A stretch of DNA of 45,330 nt from a bacterium (GTDB taxonomy: Bacteria > RBG-13-61-14 > DATKZS01). Within the stretch, counting starts at the first letter, position 1. The number at the start of each line of letters is the position of its first letter. A program made the translations under genes and the position numbers. Location: the NCBI GenBank assembly GCA_046484135.1, contig JAWOBU010000160.1, positions 1 to 45,330 of the forward strand. The letters are read 5' to 3'. Under the pieces are notes generated by a model. That model searched no databases, was not told the origin of the DNA, and saw nothing but the letters and a program-made list of their open reading frames with translations. Below, piece by piece: positions 8,814 to 18,372 of the stretch.

Positions 8814-10109
8814 TCAGGCCCCCTCTTTACGACCGGAAAAGGTCCCTTCCAGCCGGCCGTACAAAGGCGACAAGAGCCGGTATAAGGTAACCGCGGCAAA
8901 AATGATAAGGCCCCACTCCAGCACCATCCGGAACCGGCCCTGGCCGAAAAATACCGCGTAAACAGACGTTATGGTGATGAGTTGAAAATAGATTATGCTA
9001 AGGCGCCGCCACTCTCGGCGGGAGATGACCATTCCCGCTACTGCAAAGAGAACAAGGGAGAGGTAAACCATTGATCGCAGGGTGCCGTAGCTGGAAGGCA
9101 TATAAGGGTCAAAGTACCACAAAGCCCTGAGCCGCGGCGGTACAAGTTCCAGAAACCGGCCCGGGTTGTGCTTTATAAAGGACATAGCGCGTTCTTTGAA
9201 AATATCATCCTGTGCCGGACTTGTAGGCGCCGACCGGAGCTCTTTTTTCAACTCCGGTGAAATGGTTTCGGTAATATGTTTTTGATCGGGAAGAAAAAGT
9301 CCGCCGGTTGCATGAGGGTTGTTCCCGAGCCACAGGTTGAATCCGGTGTTGTCGGTTATAAAGACGAACCGTTCCAGGGATACTGCGTTCCGGACGGTCC
9401 AGGGAGTGATGACCAGTAAAGCGAAAAAGAGAGCGCCAAAGGAAAAGCCGAGAGCCTGCCTCCATGACACGTCCCTGTGAAGCCCGGTCCACAGCAGAAA
9501 GGAAGGGAAAAAGGCGAGGTAAAGGGTCTTGGACAGACCTGCCAGTCCCAGCAACACACCGGGCAGTACCGATGCTTTCAGGCCTTTCTTGTACACGCCC
9601 CGCTCCCAGGCCAAAACCAGGCCGATCAAAAGCACGACCTCGATGGTAAGGGCCTGGCCCTTGGTCACCCAGTAGACATAGAACGGGTAGACCGAGTAGA
9701 GAAGACCGGCTATCCAGCCCGGGCCGCGAGACGTAAGCCGCATAGCCAGAAGAACCAGAAGAGGAGCGCCCAAGGCGCCGATAAAAGCCTGGCTGAGCTC
9801 CACCGGCAGCCACTCATGTCCGAACACTAAAAAATGGCCCGCCAGGAAAAACGTATAAAGGGGATACATGAAAGCGGTGGGCATTTGCAGTCCAAAATGC
9901 TTGAAGCTGTATCCCTCGCCCCCCACCAGGTTCAAGGCTATCTCTTCGTTCTCGAACCCTGTTACGCTGTCGAAGTTGGAAAAAAGAAAAACCGCGGCCG
10001 CTCTAACCAGAAAGGCGAAAAGGAAAAGCAGAAGAAGCGGCTTCCATTCCTTTTTCCAGGTCTCGCCCCTTTGGGCAGGCTGTTCAACAGCATCGGAGTC
10101 CGTGTTCAT
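8814..10109 (-). CDS. GT-C fold membrane glycosyltransferase (ArnT/PMT_2, GT39/83-like)
   Basis: Polytopic membrane protein; IALNL..G.GY, PLYTFFLAG, PWTVRN, GFNLWLGNNP, RFR motifs. Confidence 0.8.
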   Translation of the reverse strand: MNTDSDAVEQPAQRGETWKKEWKPLLLLFLFAFLVRAAAVFLFSNFDSVTGFENEEIALNLVGGEGYSFKHFGLQMPTAFMYPLYTFFLAGHFLVFGHEWLPVELSQAFIGALGAPLLVLLAMRLTSRGPGWIAGLLYSVYPFYVYWVTKGQALTIEVVLLIGLVLAWERGVYKKGLKASVLPGVLLGLAGLSKTLYLAFFPSFLLWTGLHRDVSWRQALGFSFGALFFALLVITPWTVRNAVSLERFVFITDNTGFNLWLGNNPHATGGLFLPDQKHITETISPELKKELRSAPTSPAQDDIFKERAMSFIKHNPGRFLELVPPRLRALWYFDPYMPSSYGTLRSMVYLSLVLFAVAGMVISRREWRRLSIIYFQLITITSVYAVFFGQGRFRMVLEWGLIIFAAVTLYRLLSPLYGRLEGTFSGRKEGA

Positions 10110-10146
10110 GGAAACATAACTAGCACGGCGTGCTCAGGGGTGTCAA

Positions 10147-12525
10147 TCAGTCAGACCTTTTGAAGAAGGCCCTCCAGGCCGACAAAGCAAAGACACCGGC
10201 AAGAAACAAAACCGTGGCCAAAGAGATCGCACGTCCCAGGTAGTACAACTGAGGTTCGTACTTGAACACCACCTCGTGGCCGCCTGCATCCAGGCGGACG
10301 GCCCGGACCAGGAAGTTGGCATGGTAAATCCTGGCCGGCTCTCCGTCCACCTTTGCGGTCCAGCCGGGATAAAAGGAGTCCGAAAGAACAAGATAACAGG
10401 CGGACGGAGCTTCAGCGCGGAGCACGACTTCGGTCGGCTTGTAAGAGACGACTTCGGCGGGCGTAAGCTCCATGTACTGCTCTTCCCCCGCCGGCGGAAG
10501 CGCAGGGTCTTTTTTCAGGATGACCTCTTCGGTGAAGTCATGTCTTTTAATGATGTCCGTGTGTTGAAGGGGATCGGAGAAGCGCCTGCTTTCTCCGACC
10601 ATGTAGGCTCGGGGGAACGGACGTGGTATCCGGTAGACCCCGAATCCGGCGGGGTCCGCTGATATCTCGTCCAAGTGCGGCTCTCGGCCGGGGTCATAAA
10701 TGGGTTTTATGAGGTAATGAACATTGAAGATGCGCATGGTTGCAAGGGTGAGGTGCTCTTTCATCAGGCGGTCGTAATCACGGGTTATGGCCGCGGTATA
10801 GCCGGTGATCTCCTCGATGCCGTGGAGGAAGTTGAAGTTCGGAGCCAGGGTATGTCTTTTCCATCTTTGGAGATTTTCATAAGCGTAGTCTCCTTTCATC
10901 ATGGCGCGGGAGTAAGAAGGAGGTTCTCCGGGCTCGCGCATGACGCGGAACCTGCCGGGGACCGGCGCGCCCGAAGGACTGAAAAGACTCTTGCCCGAGC
11001 GTTGCGAATGTTGTTTTATAACTTTCAATGCCTTGGGCTCGTAGTGAAATATCTCCGGGTCGGCGTAAGGGATGATCCAGTAGTTGGCCAGAAAAAGATC
11101 AAAAGCGCAAATGATCATGATTCCCGCGCCCAGGCACCGCAAGGCTTTCCCCCACTTTGCCGAAAGAAGCGCCAGTGCGGCCAGGGCCGAGAGTATGAAA
11201 GCGGCGTGGACGATCTGGAAAGACAAATGCTTCCATGAGATCGTATCTGCTCGTGCGGAGGGAAATATATAAACGGTTATTAAAGCCGCGAGCGGCAGCC
11301 CGATCCCGAAGGCTGCAATCCGGTAGGTCTGCCCGGAAGACAGCCCCTTTCGCAGTCGGGCGATTATCACGTCAAGCCCGTACGCTCCGCAAGCCGCCAA
11401 AAGCAGAACGCAGAGCACCATGTACTTCTCGGGGTAGCGAAAGATGTGCAAAAGCGGAACCAGCTTGAATAAAACAGGATAGATAAAAAAGAACTTCCCC
11501 GCGCTGTAGCCGATGACTGCCACAAGCATGATACTTACTGCGACGGTCTTTTTCCCGGGCGCCCGGAAGAGAGCGGCTGCGGCCCCTGCGAGCATGACTA
11601 GGCCCAGGTAATGAGAGAGCGCCCACGGGTAATGGTTCTCCCACCCCGTAAGAGCGGAAGCGCGGTAGTCGGCCTCCGGCCAGAAACGGCCCCAGGGAGA
11701 CGACAGGAAGAACTCCAACAGCCGGCCCGGATGGAAAGACCACAAAGTGGACTCGGAAAGCGTGAACCCCTGGCCTTTCAAGCTTAAGCGGCCCAGCTCG
11801 AAGCTGGGAAGAAACTGGACCATGGAAAGCAAAAGCGCGAGGAGGCCCCCGCCGGCAAAGACCTTGAAAAGCATGAAAACGCGATCTCGCAGCTTTTCCC
11901 CTCCCGAGCCGGAGAAGAGGATCACCGCCGCAGAGGCGGTCCCGTTAATGAGCACAGCTTCCGCCCGGCCCGCCAGGAAAGGCATGGCCAGGCTGACCCC
12001 GAAGGCGGCGAGAAGGGGTATGTTGCGTTTCTTGAGATACAGCGACAAAAGCCACAAAGAGCCCGGCAGCCACGCCGCGGCAGCCAGCATGTCCGGCATG
12101 CCGTGCTGGGAAAGGAGGTACCCGGAAAGGGTGAAAGCCAGGGCCCCGCAAGAAGCGGCAGCACGGGACCTTCCTTCCTCCCGGAGCCACAGCCAGGTGA
12201 AGAACGCGGCCATCAAAAAATGAGAGAAGATGAAAAGCCGGTAGGCGTGCTCAGAAGAAAATAACATGTAAAAGACGTTGCCGGGGTAAAACCAGCCGGT
12301 GGCGAGTTCTCCCACGAAGGAGGAGCCCAGGACCTCCCAGGGGTTCCAGAGACAAACGGACAGGTCCCGGAGATACGGGGCCTCCAGCGCCTTGTAAGGA
12401 TAAAAGAGATTGAAGGCGTCGCGGAAGATAAAGGTATTGGTCAGGGCCGGCAGAAAGAACAGGGCCACCATTCCCAGGGTGGCGGCCAGGTAAGCCAGGC
12501 TCTTTCTGTGCTCGGTGTTTGCCAT
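10147..12525 (-). CDS. YfhO family membrane protein (GT-C-like)
   Basis: RDAFNLFYP, LWNPW..G, FYP, FRYPEKY, and C-terminal LVLSDSFYPGWTAKVDG..ANFLVRAV..G.HEVVFKYEP. Confidence 0.88.
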   Translation of the reverse strand: MANTEHRKSLAYLAATLGMVALFFLPALTNTFIFRDAFNLFYPYKALEAPYLRDLSVCLWNPWEVLGSSFVGELATGWFYPGNVFYMLFSSEHAYRLFIFSHFLMAAFFTWLWLREEGRSRAAASCGALAFTLSGYLLSQHGMPDMLAAAAWLPGSLWLLSLYLKKRNIPLLAAFGVSLAMPFLAGRAEAVLINGTASAAVILFSGSGGEKLRDRVFMLFKVFAGGGLLALLLSMVQFLPSFELGRLSLKGQGFTLSESTLWSFHPGRLLEFFLSSPWGRFWPEADYRASALTGWENHYPWALSHYLGLVMLAGAAAALFRAPGKKTVAVSIMLVAVIGYSAGKFFFIYPVLFKLVPLLHIFRYPEKYMVLCVLLLAACGAYGLDVIIARLRKGLSSGQTYRIAAFGIGLPLAALITVYIFPSARADTISWKHLSFQIVHAAFILSALAALALLSAKWGKALRCLGAGIMIICAFDLFLANYWIIPYADPEIFHYEPKALKVIKQHSQRSGKSLFSPSGAPVPGRFRVMREPGEPPSYSRAMMKGDYAYENLQRWKRHTLAPNFNFLHGIEEITGYTAAITRDYDRLMKEHLTLATMRIFNVHYLIKPIYDPGREPHLDEISADPAGFGVYRIPRPFPRAYMVGESRRFSDPLQHTDIIKRHDFTEEVILKKDPALPPAGEEQYMELTPAEVVSYKPTEVVLRAEAPSACYLVLSDSFYPGWTAKVDGEPARIYHANFLVRAVRLDAGGHEVVFKYEPQLYYLGRAISLATVLFLAGVFALSAWRAFFKRSD

Positions 12526-12583
12526 GTTTCCGGAAAACCGGACCTGCGCCGTTCCGCCAGGCTCAGGAGCTTAAGCCCCCGGT

Positions 12584-13723
12584 TTAATCGGCCAGCACGG
12601 ACCGGGAGATCACGATCCTCTGTATTTCCGAAGTTCCCTCGTAAATGGCCGTGATCTTGGCGTCGCGGTAGAACCTCTCGGCCGGGTACTCCTTGGTGTA
12701 GCCGTATCCGCCGTGAATCTGGACCCCCTTGTTGGTGACCCGCTCGGAGACCTCTGCGGCGTAGAGCTTGGCCATGGCCGACTCTTTCGAGTAGGGGGTG
12801 CCTGCCATCTTCATGCCCGCAGCCCGCCAGGTGAGAAGCCTGGCCGCGTCTATCTCGGTGGCCATGTCCGCCAGCATGAACTGGATGGCCTGGAACTTGG
12901 CGATGGGCTGGCCGAACTGGTTCCTCTCCTTGGCAAAGTCCGCCGCGGCCTGCAGGGCGCCCTTGGCGATCCCCACCGCTTGCGCGGCTATTCCGATCCT
13001 TCCTCCGTCCAATGTATACATGGCCACCTTGAAGCCCTTGCCGCGCTCGCCCAACAGGTTGTCCTTGGGAATGCGGCAGTCCTCCATGACCAGCTCCGCG
13101 GTGGACGACCCCACAATGCCCAGCTTCTCCTCGAGCTTGCCCACCGAAAAGCCGGGCGCGTCAGTGGGAACTATAAAGGCGCTGATTCCACGGTGGCTCG
13201 GGTCGTCCTCGGTGCGGGCGAAAAGCACGCAAACGCCCGCTTCCTTGCCGTTGGTTATGAAAAGCTTGCTGCCGTTTATGACCCACTCGTCGCCGTCCAG
13301 GACCGCCTTGGTCTTTATGGCCGCGGCGTCCGATCCCGCCGAAGGCTCGGTCAGCCCCAGGCAGCCGATCTGTTGTCCCCGGGCCAGCGGCTTTAAGTAT
13401 TTTTCTTTCTGATCGTCCGTGCCGAACTCGAGGATGGGGGCGATGGCCAACGAGTTGTGCGCGGAAAGGATTACGCCCGTGCTCCCGCACGCCGCTGATA
13501 TCTCCTCCACCGCGATGGCGTAGGATAAAGCGTCCATGCCGGCGCCTCCCCACTCCTCCGGGACCTCGACACCCATGAGGCCCAGCTCGGCCATCCTGTC
13601 CACCAGGTCCTGCGGAAACTCGTGGCTCTTGTCTATCTGGGCGGCGCGGGGGGCCACTACGTTCTTTGCGAAGTCCTCGGTCATGTCCTTTATCATCTTC
13701 TGTTCTTCAGTAAGCTCAAACAT
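12584..13723 (-). CDS. Short-chain/butyryl-CoA dehydrogenase (acyl-CoA dehydrogenase)
   Basis: GLTEPSAGSD, NGSKLFITN, KLGI, GRIGIAAQAVG, QIHGGYGY, IYEGTSEIQR with catalytic Glu. Confidence 0.95.
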   Translation of the reverse strand: MFELTEEQKMIKDMTEDFAKNVVAPRAAQIDKSHEFPQDLVDRMAELGLMGVEVPEEWGGAGMDALSYAIAVEEISAACGSTGVILSAHNSLAIAPILEFGTDDQKEKYLKPLARGQQIGCLGLTEPSAGSDAAAIKTKAVLDGDEWVINGSKLFITNGKEAGVCVLFARTEDDPSHRGISAFIVPTDAPGFSVGKLEEKLGIVGSSTAELVMEDCRIPKDNLLGERGKGFKVAMYTLDGGRIGIAAQAVGIAKGALQAAADFAKERNQFGQPIAKFQAIQFMLADMATEIDAARLLTWRAAGMKMAGTPYSKESAMAKLYAAEVSERVTNKGVQIHGGYGYTKEYPAERFYRDAKITAIYEGTSEIQRIVISRSVLAD

Positions 13724-13765
13724 GAAACCTCCTGTTACTCTCTTTTTTAAGCCCTTTTTATGAAC

Positions 13766-14548
13766 TCACTTGCCCTTGAAGTTTGGATCGCGTTTGGCAA
13801 TAAAAGCGGCCATGCCTTCTTTCTGGTCCTCGGTGTCAAAGCACTGGGCGAACAGGGACCTCTCTATCAATAACGCCTTGGAAAGGTCCAGGTCGAAGCC
13901 GCTCTCGATGGATTTCTTGGCGAGCTCGAGGGCCACCGGTCCTTTGCTCATAATGGTCCGGGCCAGGTTCCTGGTCTCCTCCATGAGCTCTTCCGGCGGG
14001 CAGACACGGTTTATAAGACCGATCGCCAGCGCCCGGGTCGCGTCGAACATCTCTCCCGAGAAGATGATCTCCTTGGCCCGCGCCTTTCCGAGAAGCCGGG
14101 TGAGGCGCTGGGTGCCGCCGAATGCGGGGAACACTCCCAGGTTGACCTCGGGGGTCCCGAACCGGGCCTTCTCGGAAGCCAGGGTAATGTCGCAGGCGAT
14201 GGCGAGCTCGGTGCCGCCTCCCAGGGCGTAACCGTTCACCGCGGCCAGTACCGGCTTGGGAATCTGTTCGATCAGGCTGAACACGCTCTGGCCGGTCTCG
14301 GCGAAGAGCATTCCGTCGCGGGGCGTCATCTCTTTCATCTCCGCTATGTCTGCTCCCGCTACAAAGCTCTTCTCTCCGGCGCCGGTTATGATTATGACCT
14401 TTACGTCCTCCCTGCGGCCGCACTCGAGGAGCACCTCCCGCAGCCGGTAAAGCAAGTCCGTGTTAAGCGCGTTCATCTGCTTGGGCCGGTTGATGGTTAC
14501 TGTGCCTATATACTCCTCGACTTCCAGAAGTACCAGGTCCTCGCTCAT
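13766..14548 (-). CDS. Enoyl-CoA hydratase (crotonase)
   Basis: FVAGADI, AVNGYALGGGTELAIACD, PEVNLG; both catalytic Glu present. Confidence 0.93.
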   Translation of the reverse strand: MSEDLVLLEVEEYIGTVTINRPKQMNALNTDLLYRLREVLLECGRREDVKVIIITGAGEKSFVAGADIAEMKEMTPRDGMLFAETGQSVFSLIEQIPKPVLAAVNGYALGGGTELAIACDITLASEKARFGTPEVNLGVFPAFGGTQRLTRLLGKARAKEIIFSGEMFDATRALAIGLINRVCPPEELMEETRNLARTIMSKGPVALELAKKSIESGFDLDLSKALLIERSLFAQCFDTEDQKEGMAAFIAKRDPNFKGK

Positions 14549-14558
14549 GGTCCTCTCC

Positions 14559-15746
14559 TTACTGCCGGTTTTCCACTATCATGGCGGTGGCTTCGCCCCC
14601 GCCGATACACAGGCTCGCCATGCCGAGCTTCGCCTGTTTGCGCTTCATGGCGTAAAGAAGCGTCACCAGTATGCGGGCGCCCGAGCAGCCGATGGGATGG
14701 CCGATGGACGCCGCTCCTCCGTTTATGTTCACCTTGTCCCAGTCCAGCCCGCCGAACACCTTGGCCGCGGCCAGGACCTGTACGCTGAAGGCCTCGTTGA
14801 TCTCCCACAGGTCCATGTCGTCGGGTTTCATGCCGGTCTTTTCCAGGAGGTCCTTCATGGCGAAGGCGGGAGCGGTGGTAAACCACTTGGGCTCCTGGGC
14901 GAACACGGAGTGGTCAATGATCGTGGCGAGGGAAGTACAACCGAGCTCCTTTGCTTTGTCGGCGCTCATGAGCACCAGCGCCGCGGCCCCGTCGTTAATG
15001 GACGAGGCGTTCCCCGCGGTGACGGTCCCGTCCTTGTTGAAGGCGGGCGGCAGCTTCTGCATCTTTTCCCAGTTGAACTTCTGGGGCTCCTCGTCTATCT
15101 CGACGGTGGCGGTGCCTTTTTTGCCTTTGATCTCGACGGGCACGATCTCGTCCTGGTAGTATCCTTTGTCGGTGGCCTCGATGGCCCGCTCGTAGCTTCG
15201 CTTGGCAAACTCGTCCTGTTCTTCCCTTTTTATTTCGTACTTTTCGCCGCACAGGTCGGCGAACGATCCCATGTGCTCGTCCTGGTAGGGGTCCCACAGC
15301 CCGTCGTTAACCATGGTGTCCACCGCTTTGCCGGGGCCCATGCGCAGGCCGGTGCGGGCGCCCGGCAGGGCATAAGGAGCCAGGCTCATGCTCTCCATTC
15401 CTCCGGCCACCACTATCTCGGCATGACCGGCGCGGATCATGGAGTCGGCCAGCATGACCGTGCGCATGCCGGAGCCGCAGACCTTGTTCACGGTTATGGC
15501 GCCGGTTGATGATGGAATCCCCGCGTGGATGGCGGCCTGCCGTGCAGGGGCCTGGCCCTGGGCCGCGGGAAGAACACAGCCCATCAAGACTTCGTTTACC
15601 ATCTCCGGAGAGAGCTTGCCTCCGGCGCGCTCGAGAGCGGCCTTGATGGCGGTCGCGCCGAGCGTGGTCGCAGGAACAGTGGAAAGATTGCCCAGAAAAG
15701 AACCGACCGGCGTCCGGGCCGCGCCTACGATAACGGTCTCACTCAT
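14559..15746 (-). CDS. Acetyl-CoA C-acetyltransferase (thiolase)
   Basis: NKVCGSG, GGMESMS, TAGNASSINDGAA, NEAF, GHPIG, CIGGG. Confidence 0.96.
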   Translation of the reverse strand: MSETVIVGAARTPVGSFLGNLSTVPATTLGATAIKAALERAGGKLSPEMVNEVLMGCVLPAAQGQAPARQAAIHAGIPSSTGAITVNKVCGSGMRTVMLADSMIRAGHAEIVVAGGMESMSLAPYALPGARTGLRMGPGKAVDTMVNDGLWDPYQDEHMGSFADLCGEKYEIKREEQDEFAKRSYERAIEATDKGYYQDEIVPVEIKGKKGTATVEIDEEPQKFNWEKMQKLPPAFNKDGTVTAGNASSINDGAAALVLMSADKAKELGCTSLATIIDHSVFAQEPKWFTTAPAFAMKDLLEKTGMKPDDMDLWEINEAFSVQVLAAAKVFGGLDWDKVNINGGAASIGHPIGCSGARILVTLLYAMKRKQAKLGMASLCIGGGEATAMIVENRQ

Positions 15747-15787
15747 TTTTTCACCTCTTTTTCAGCTTGCCTTTTACTGAATAAATT

Positions 15788-15816
15788 ATTCTATGCCCTC
15801 CCTCATACGGAGTCAA
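15788..15816 (-). promoter_or_regulatory. sigma70 promoter of the thiolase-crotonase-acyl-CoA dehydrogenase operon
   Basis: Minus strand TTGACT (15816-15811), 17-nt spacer, TAGAAT (15793-15788); overlapped by the palindrome GAATAA-A-TTATTC (15779-15791). Confidence 0.7.
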
Positions 15817-15842
15817 AGAGCGCCGGCTTGTTCTTGTCCCCG

Positions 15843-16883
15843 TCAGTTGATGGGCTGGAAGAAGCGGTCCCAGCGGGGAAGGTAGTAGTTGTCCGGGTTC
15901 AGGGGCAGATGGATAAAAAGGGCCGAGCCTTTAAGGTGGCTTACGGGCACGAATCCCCACTCCCTGCTGTCGGAAGAGCAGTCCCGGTTGTCTCCCATGA
16001 CATAGAGCTTGCCGGGCGGCACGGTCACTGATCCATGCCGCCACTCGCGGGAGGTGGAGTCCCAGGATTCCCGGTGCAGTATCTTGTGATTAACTTTCCC
16101 CTCGGAGTTTTCCAGGGTTTCCCGGTAAAGATCGAACTCCGCACTCCCCCTCATGTCGGTAGGTCCGTTATATGGCCCCAGCTTTTTGAGGGGGACCTCT
16201 TTACCGTTTACGTAAAGCTTTCCTTTTTTTAGTTCCACCTTGTCTCCGGGCAGACCGATGACGCGCTTGATGTAGCTTTCCTGTGAGTCATAGGGGTGTC
16301 GGGGGTCGCGAGGATATAAAAACACGACCACTTCTCCCCGGCGGGGAAGTCTCCGTTGCCAGAGCTTCTGGGACACCACCATGATATTGTGCCCGGCCAG
16401 TTGAAAGGAGAACCTTGGGGATCCTTTTTTCAGGATTTCCTTAATACCCTGGTCGGTCATGGGCGGGTCTACGTAAGGGACCCAGAAGGAAGGCCCGAAC
16501 GCAAGCTTATTTACGACCAACTGGTCCCCTATGAGCAGGGTCGGGATCATGGACCCGGAGGGTATGCGAAAGGTCTCCACGAACATCCAGCGGATAAAAA
16601 GGGCTATGGCCACGGCTATGACTATGCCCTTGAACACCTCCCACGCCTGGTTGGGGCGGTAGCGCGACAGTCGCCGGTCCACGAACTCCTCCAGGGAGGA
16701 GAGGTGAGCGCTGATCTCTTCCGGGTCCTTTGATTTAAGCGAGGTCTTAAGCTTTGCCTGAAGCTCCTGTGCCGTTTTTATATCTTCTGAATCAGCACCC
16801 TTTTTGCGGGCCCGCTTCAAAATCGTCTTTAAGTCCGCCAGGCACCGCCTGGCTCTTTTTTTCCGTTTTCTAAGGCTTGACAT
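15843..16883 (-). CDS. lepB: Signal peptidase I
   Basis: FRIPSGSMIPTLLIGD (catalytic Ser), YIKRVIGLPGD (catalytic Lys), GDNRDCSSDSR. Confidence 0.95.
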   Translation of the reverse strand: MSSLRKRKKRARRCLADLKTILKRARKKGADSEDIKTAQELQAKLKTSLKSKDPEEISAHLSSLEEFVDRRLSRYRPNQAWEVFKGIVIAVAIALFIRWMFVETFRIPSGSMIPTLLIGDQLVVNKLAFGPSFWVPYVDPPMTDQGIKEILKKGSPRFSFQLAGHNIMVVSQKLWQRRLPRRGEVVVFLYPRDPRHPYDSQESYIKRVIGLPGDKVELKKGKLYVNGKEVPLKKLGPYNGPTDMRGSAEFDLYRETLENSEGKVNHKILHRESWDSTSREWRHGSVTVPPGKLYVMGDNRDCSSDSREWGFVPVSHLKGSALFIHLPLNPDNYYLPRWDRFFQPIN

Positions 16884-16913
16884 ATCAGTATTTAGACCTC
16901 TTTTTTTTACTTC

Positions 16914-18371
16914 TTAGCTTTTAACGGCACTGCCTTTACTTTGAGGGGGATGGTACTTTTCCAGCCTCAGGGTGTTGGTGGTTCCCGGATCGGAGGAGGA
17001 CGTGCCTGCAGTTATTATGATAAGCTCACCTCGTTTTACTGGCAAACACTTGCCCGCCAGGGCGAGGGCGTGTTCGGTGACATCTTCTTTTTCCGTAAGC
17101 TCGGGAATGAGGAAGGGGACAACGCCCCAGGTCAGGCACAACCGCCTTTGGGTTTGCAGGGAGGGCGTAAACGTAACAATAAGCGGGTCCGGCCGGTAGC
17201 GGCTTATCCTGCGGGCGGTGGCCCCGGTGCGGGTAGGCGTGAATATGGCCCGTGGCGACAGCTCTTCCGACATGGCGTAGACGGAGTAGGAGATGGCGTC
17301 CGGGACCGGCTCGCGGGCCGGAAAGGCCTTTCGCAAGGGAGACCCCTCTGCCATGTGGGCCTCGACGTTGCGGCAAATCCGCTCCATCATGCGGACGGCC
17401 TTGGCCGGATGCTTGCCCACGGCTGTTTCTTCGGAGAGCATGACTGCGTCGGTTCCGTCCCAGACAGCGTTGGCCACGTCCGTAACCTCGGCGCGGGTGG
17501 GCCGGGGCTGGTCCACCATGGACCGGAGCATCTGGGTGGCGGTGATAACCGGCTTGCCCACTGTGTTGGCCTTCCGGATGAGCATCTTCTGGACCACCGG
17601 CACCTCTTCGAGCGGAATCTCCACACCCAGGTCGCCGCGGGCCACCATCAGACCGTCCGCCTCTTCGATGATCGCGTCTATATGGTCCAGGGCCTGCGGC
17701 TTTTCTATCTTGGCTATCACCGGAATGTCCCGGCCTCTCTTTTTAAGTAAACGCTTCAGCCTTTGCACGTCCTCTGCGCTGCGCACAAAGGAGAGAGCTA
17801 TGAAGTCCACGTCCTCGGCAATGGCAAACTCGAGGTCCTTTTTGTCCTTCCTGGTCAGGCCCGACACGGACAGCCCCCGGGTGGGAACGTTCACGCCTTT
17901 GCGCGACTCGATTACGCCACCGGCCACCACCTTGGAAACCACCTTGTTGTCCTCGACCCGGCTAACCCGAAGCTCGATGCCGCCGTCGGAGAGAAGAATG
18001 GCGTCCCCCTTTTGTACGTCTTTTGCAAGACCAGAGTAGCTTATCGGGACCTCGTTCCCCTGGCGGGGCCTGCCGGGGACCAGCACGATCTCCTGCCCGT
18101 GCTTGACCCACAGCCCTTCAGCAGGCAGATCACCGGTCCTTATCTTCGGCCCTCCCAGGTCCTGGATCACTGCCACTTCCCGGTCCAGCTTTTCGCTCAC
18201 CTGCCGGACCCGGTAGAGCTTCCTTTTATGCTCCTCGTAAGTGCCGTGGGAGAAGTTCAGCCGGACCGCGTCCATGCCGCCGCGGAAGAGTTTCTCGAGA
18301 ATGCTCTTCGACTCGCTTGCCGGTCCGATGGTACAGACGATCTTGGTCTTTTTGGGGTCTTTCGTGGGCAT
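16914..18371 (-). CDS. pyk: Pyruvate kinase
   Basis: KTKIVCTIGPAS, RLNFSHG, IAKIEK, MVARGDLGVE, ATQML, PTRAEVTDVANA, DAVMLSEETA. Confidence 0.97.
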   Translation of the reverse strand: MPTKDPKKTKIVCTIGPASESKSILEKLFRGGMDAVRLNFSHGTYEEHKRKLYRVRQVSEKLDREVAVIQDLGGPKIRTGDLPAEGLWVKHGQEIVLVPGRPRQGNEVPISYSGLAKDVQKGDAILLSDGGIELRVSRVEDNKVVSKVVAGGVIESRKGVNVPTRGLSVSGLTRKDKKDLEFAIAEDVDFIALSFVRSAEDVQRLKRLLKKRGRDIPVIAKIEKPQALDHIDAIIEEADGLMVARGDLGVEIPLEEVPVVQKMLIRKANTVGKPVITATQMLRSMVDQPRPTRAEVTDVANAVWDGTDAVMLSEETAVGKHPAKAVRMMERICRNVEAHMAEGSPLRKAFPAREPVPDAISYSVYAMSEELSPRAIFTPTRTGATARRISRYRPDPLIVTFTPSLQTQRRLCLTWGVVPFLIPELTEKEDVTEHALALAGKCLPVKRGELIIITAGTSSSDPGTTNTLRLEKYHPPQSKGSAVKS

Positions 18372-18372
18372 T

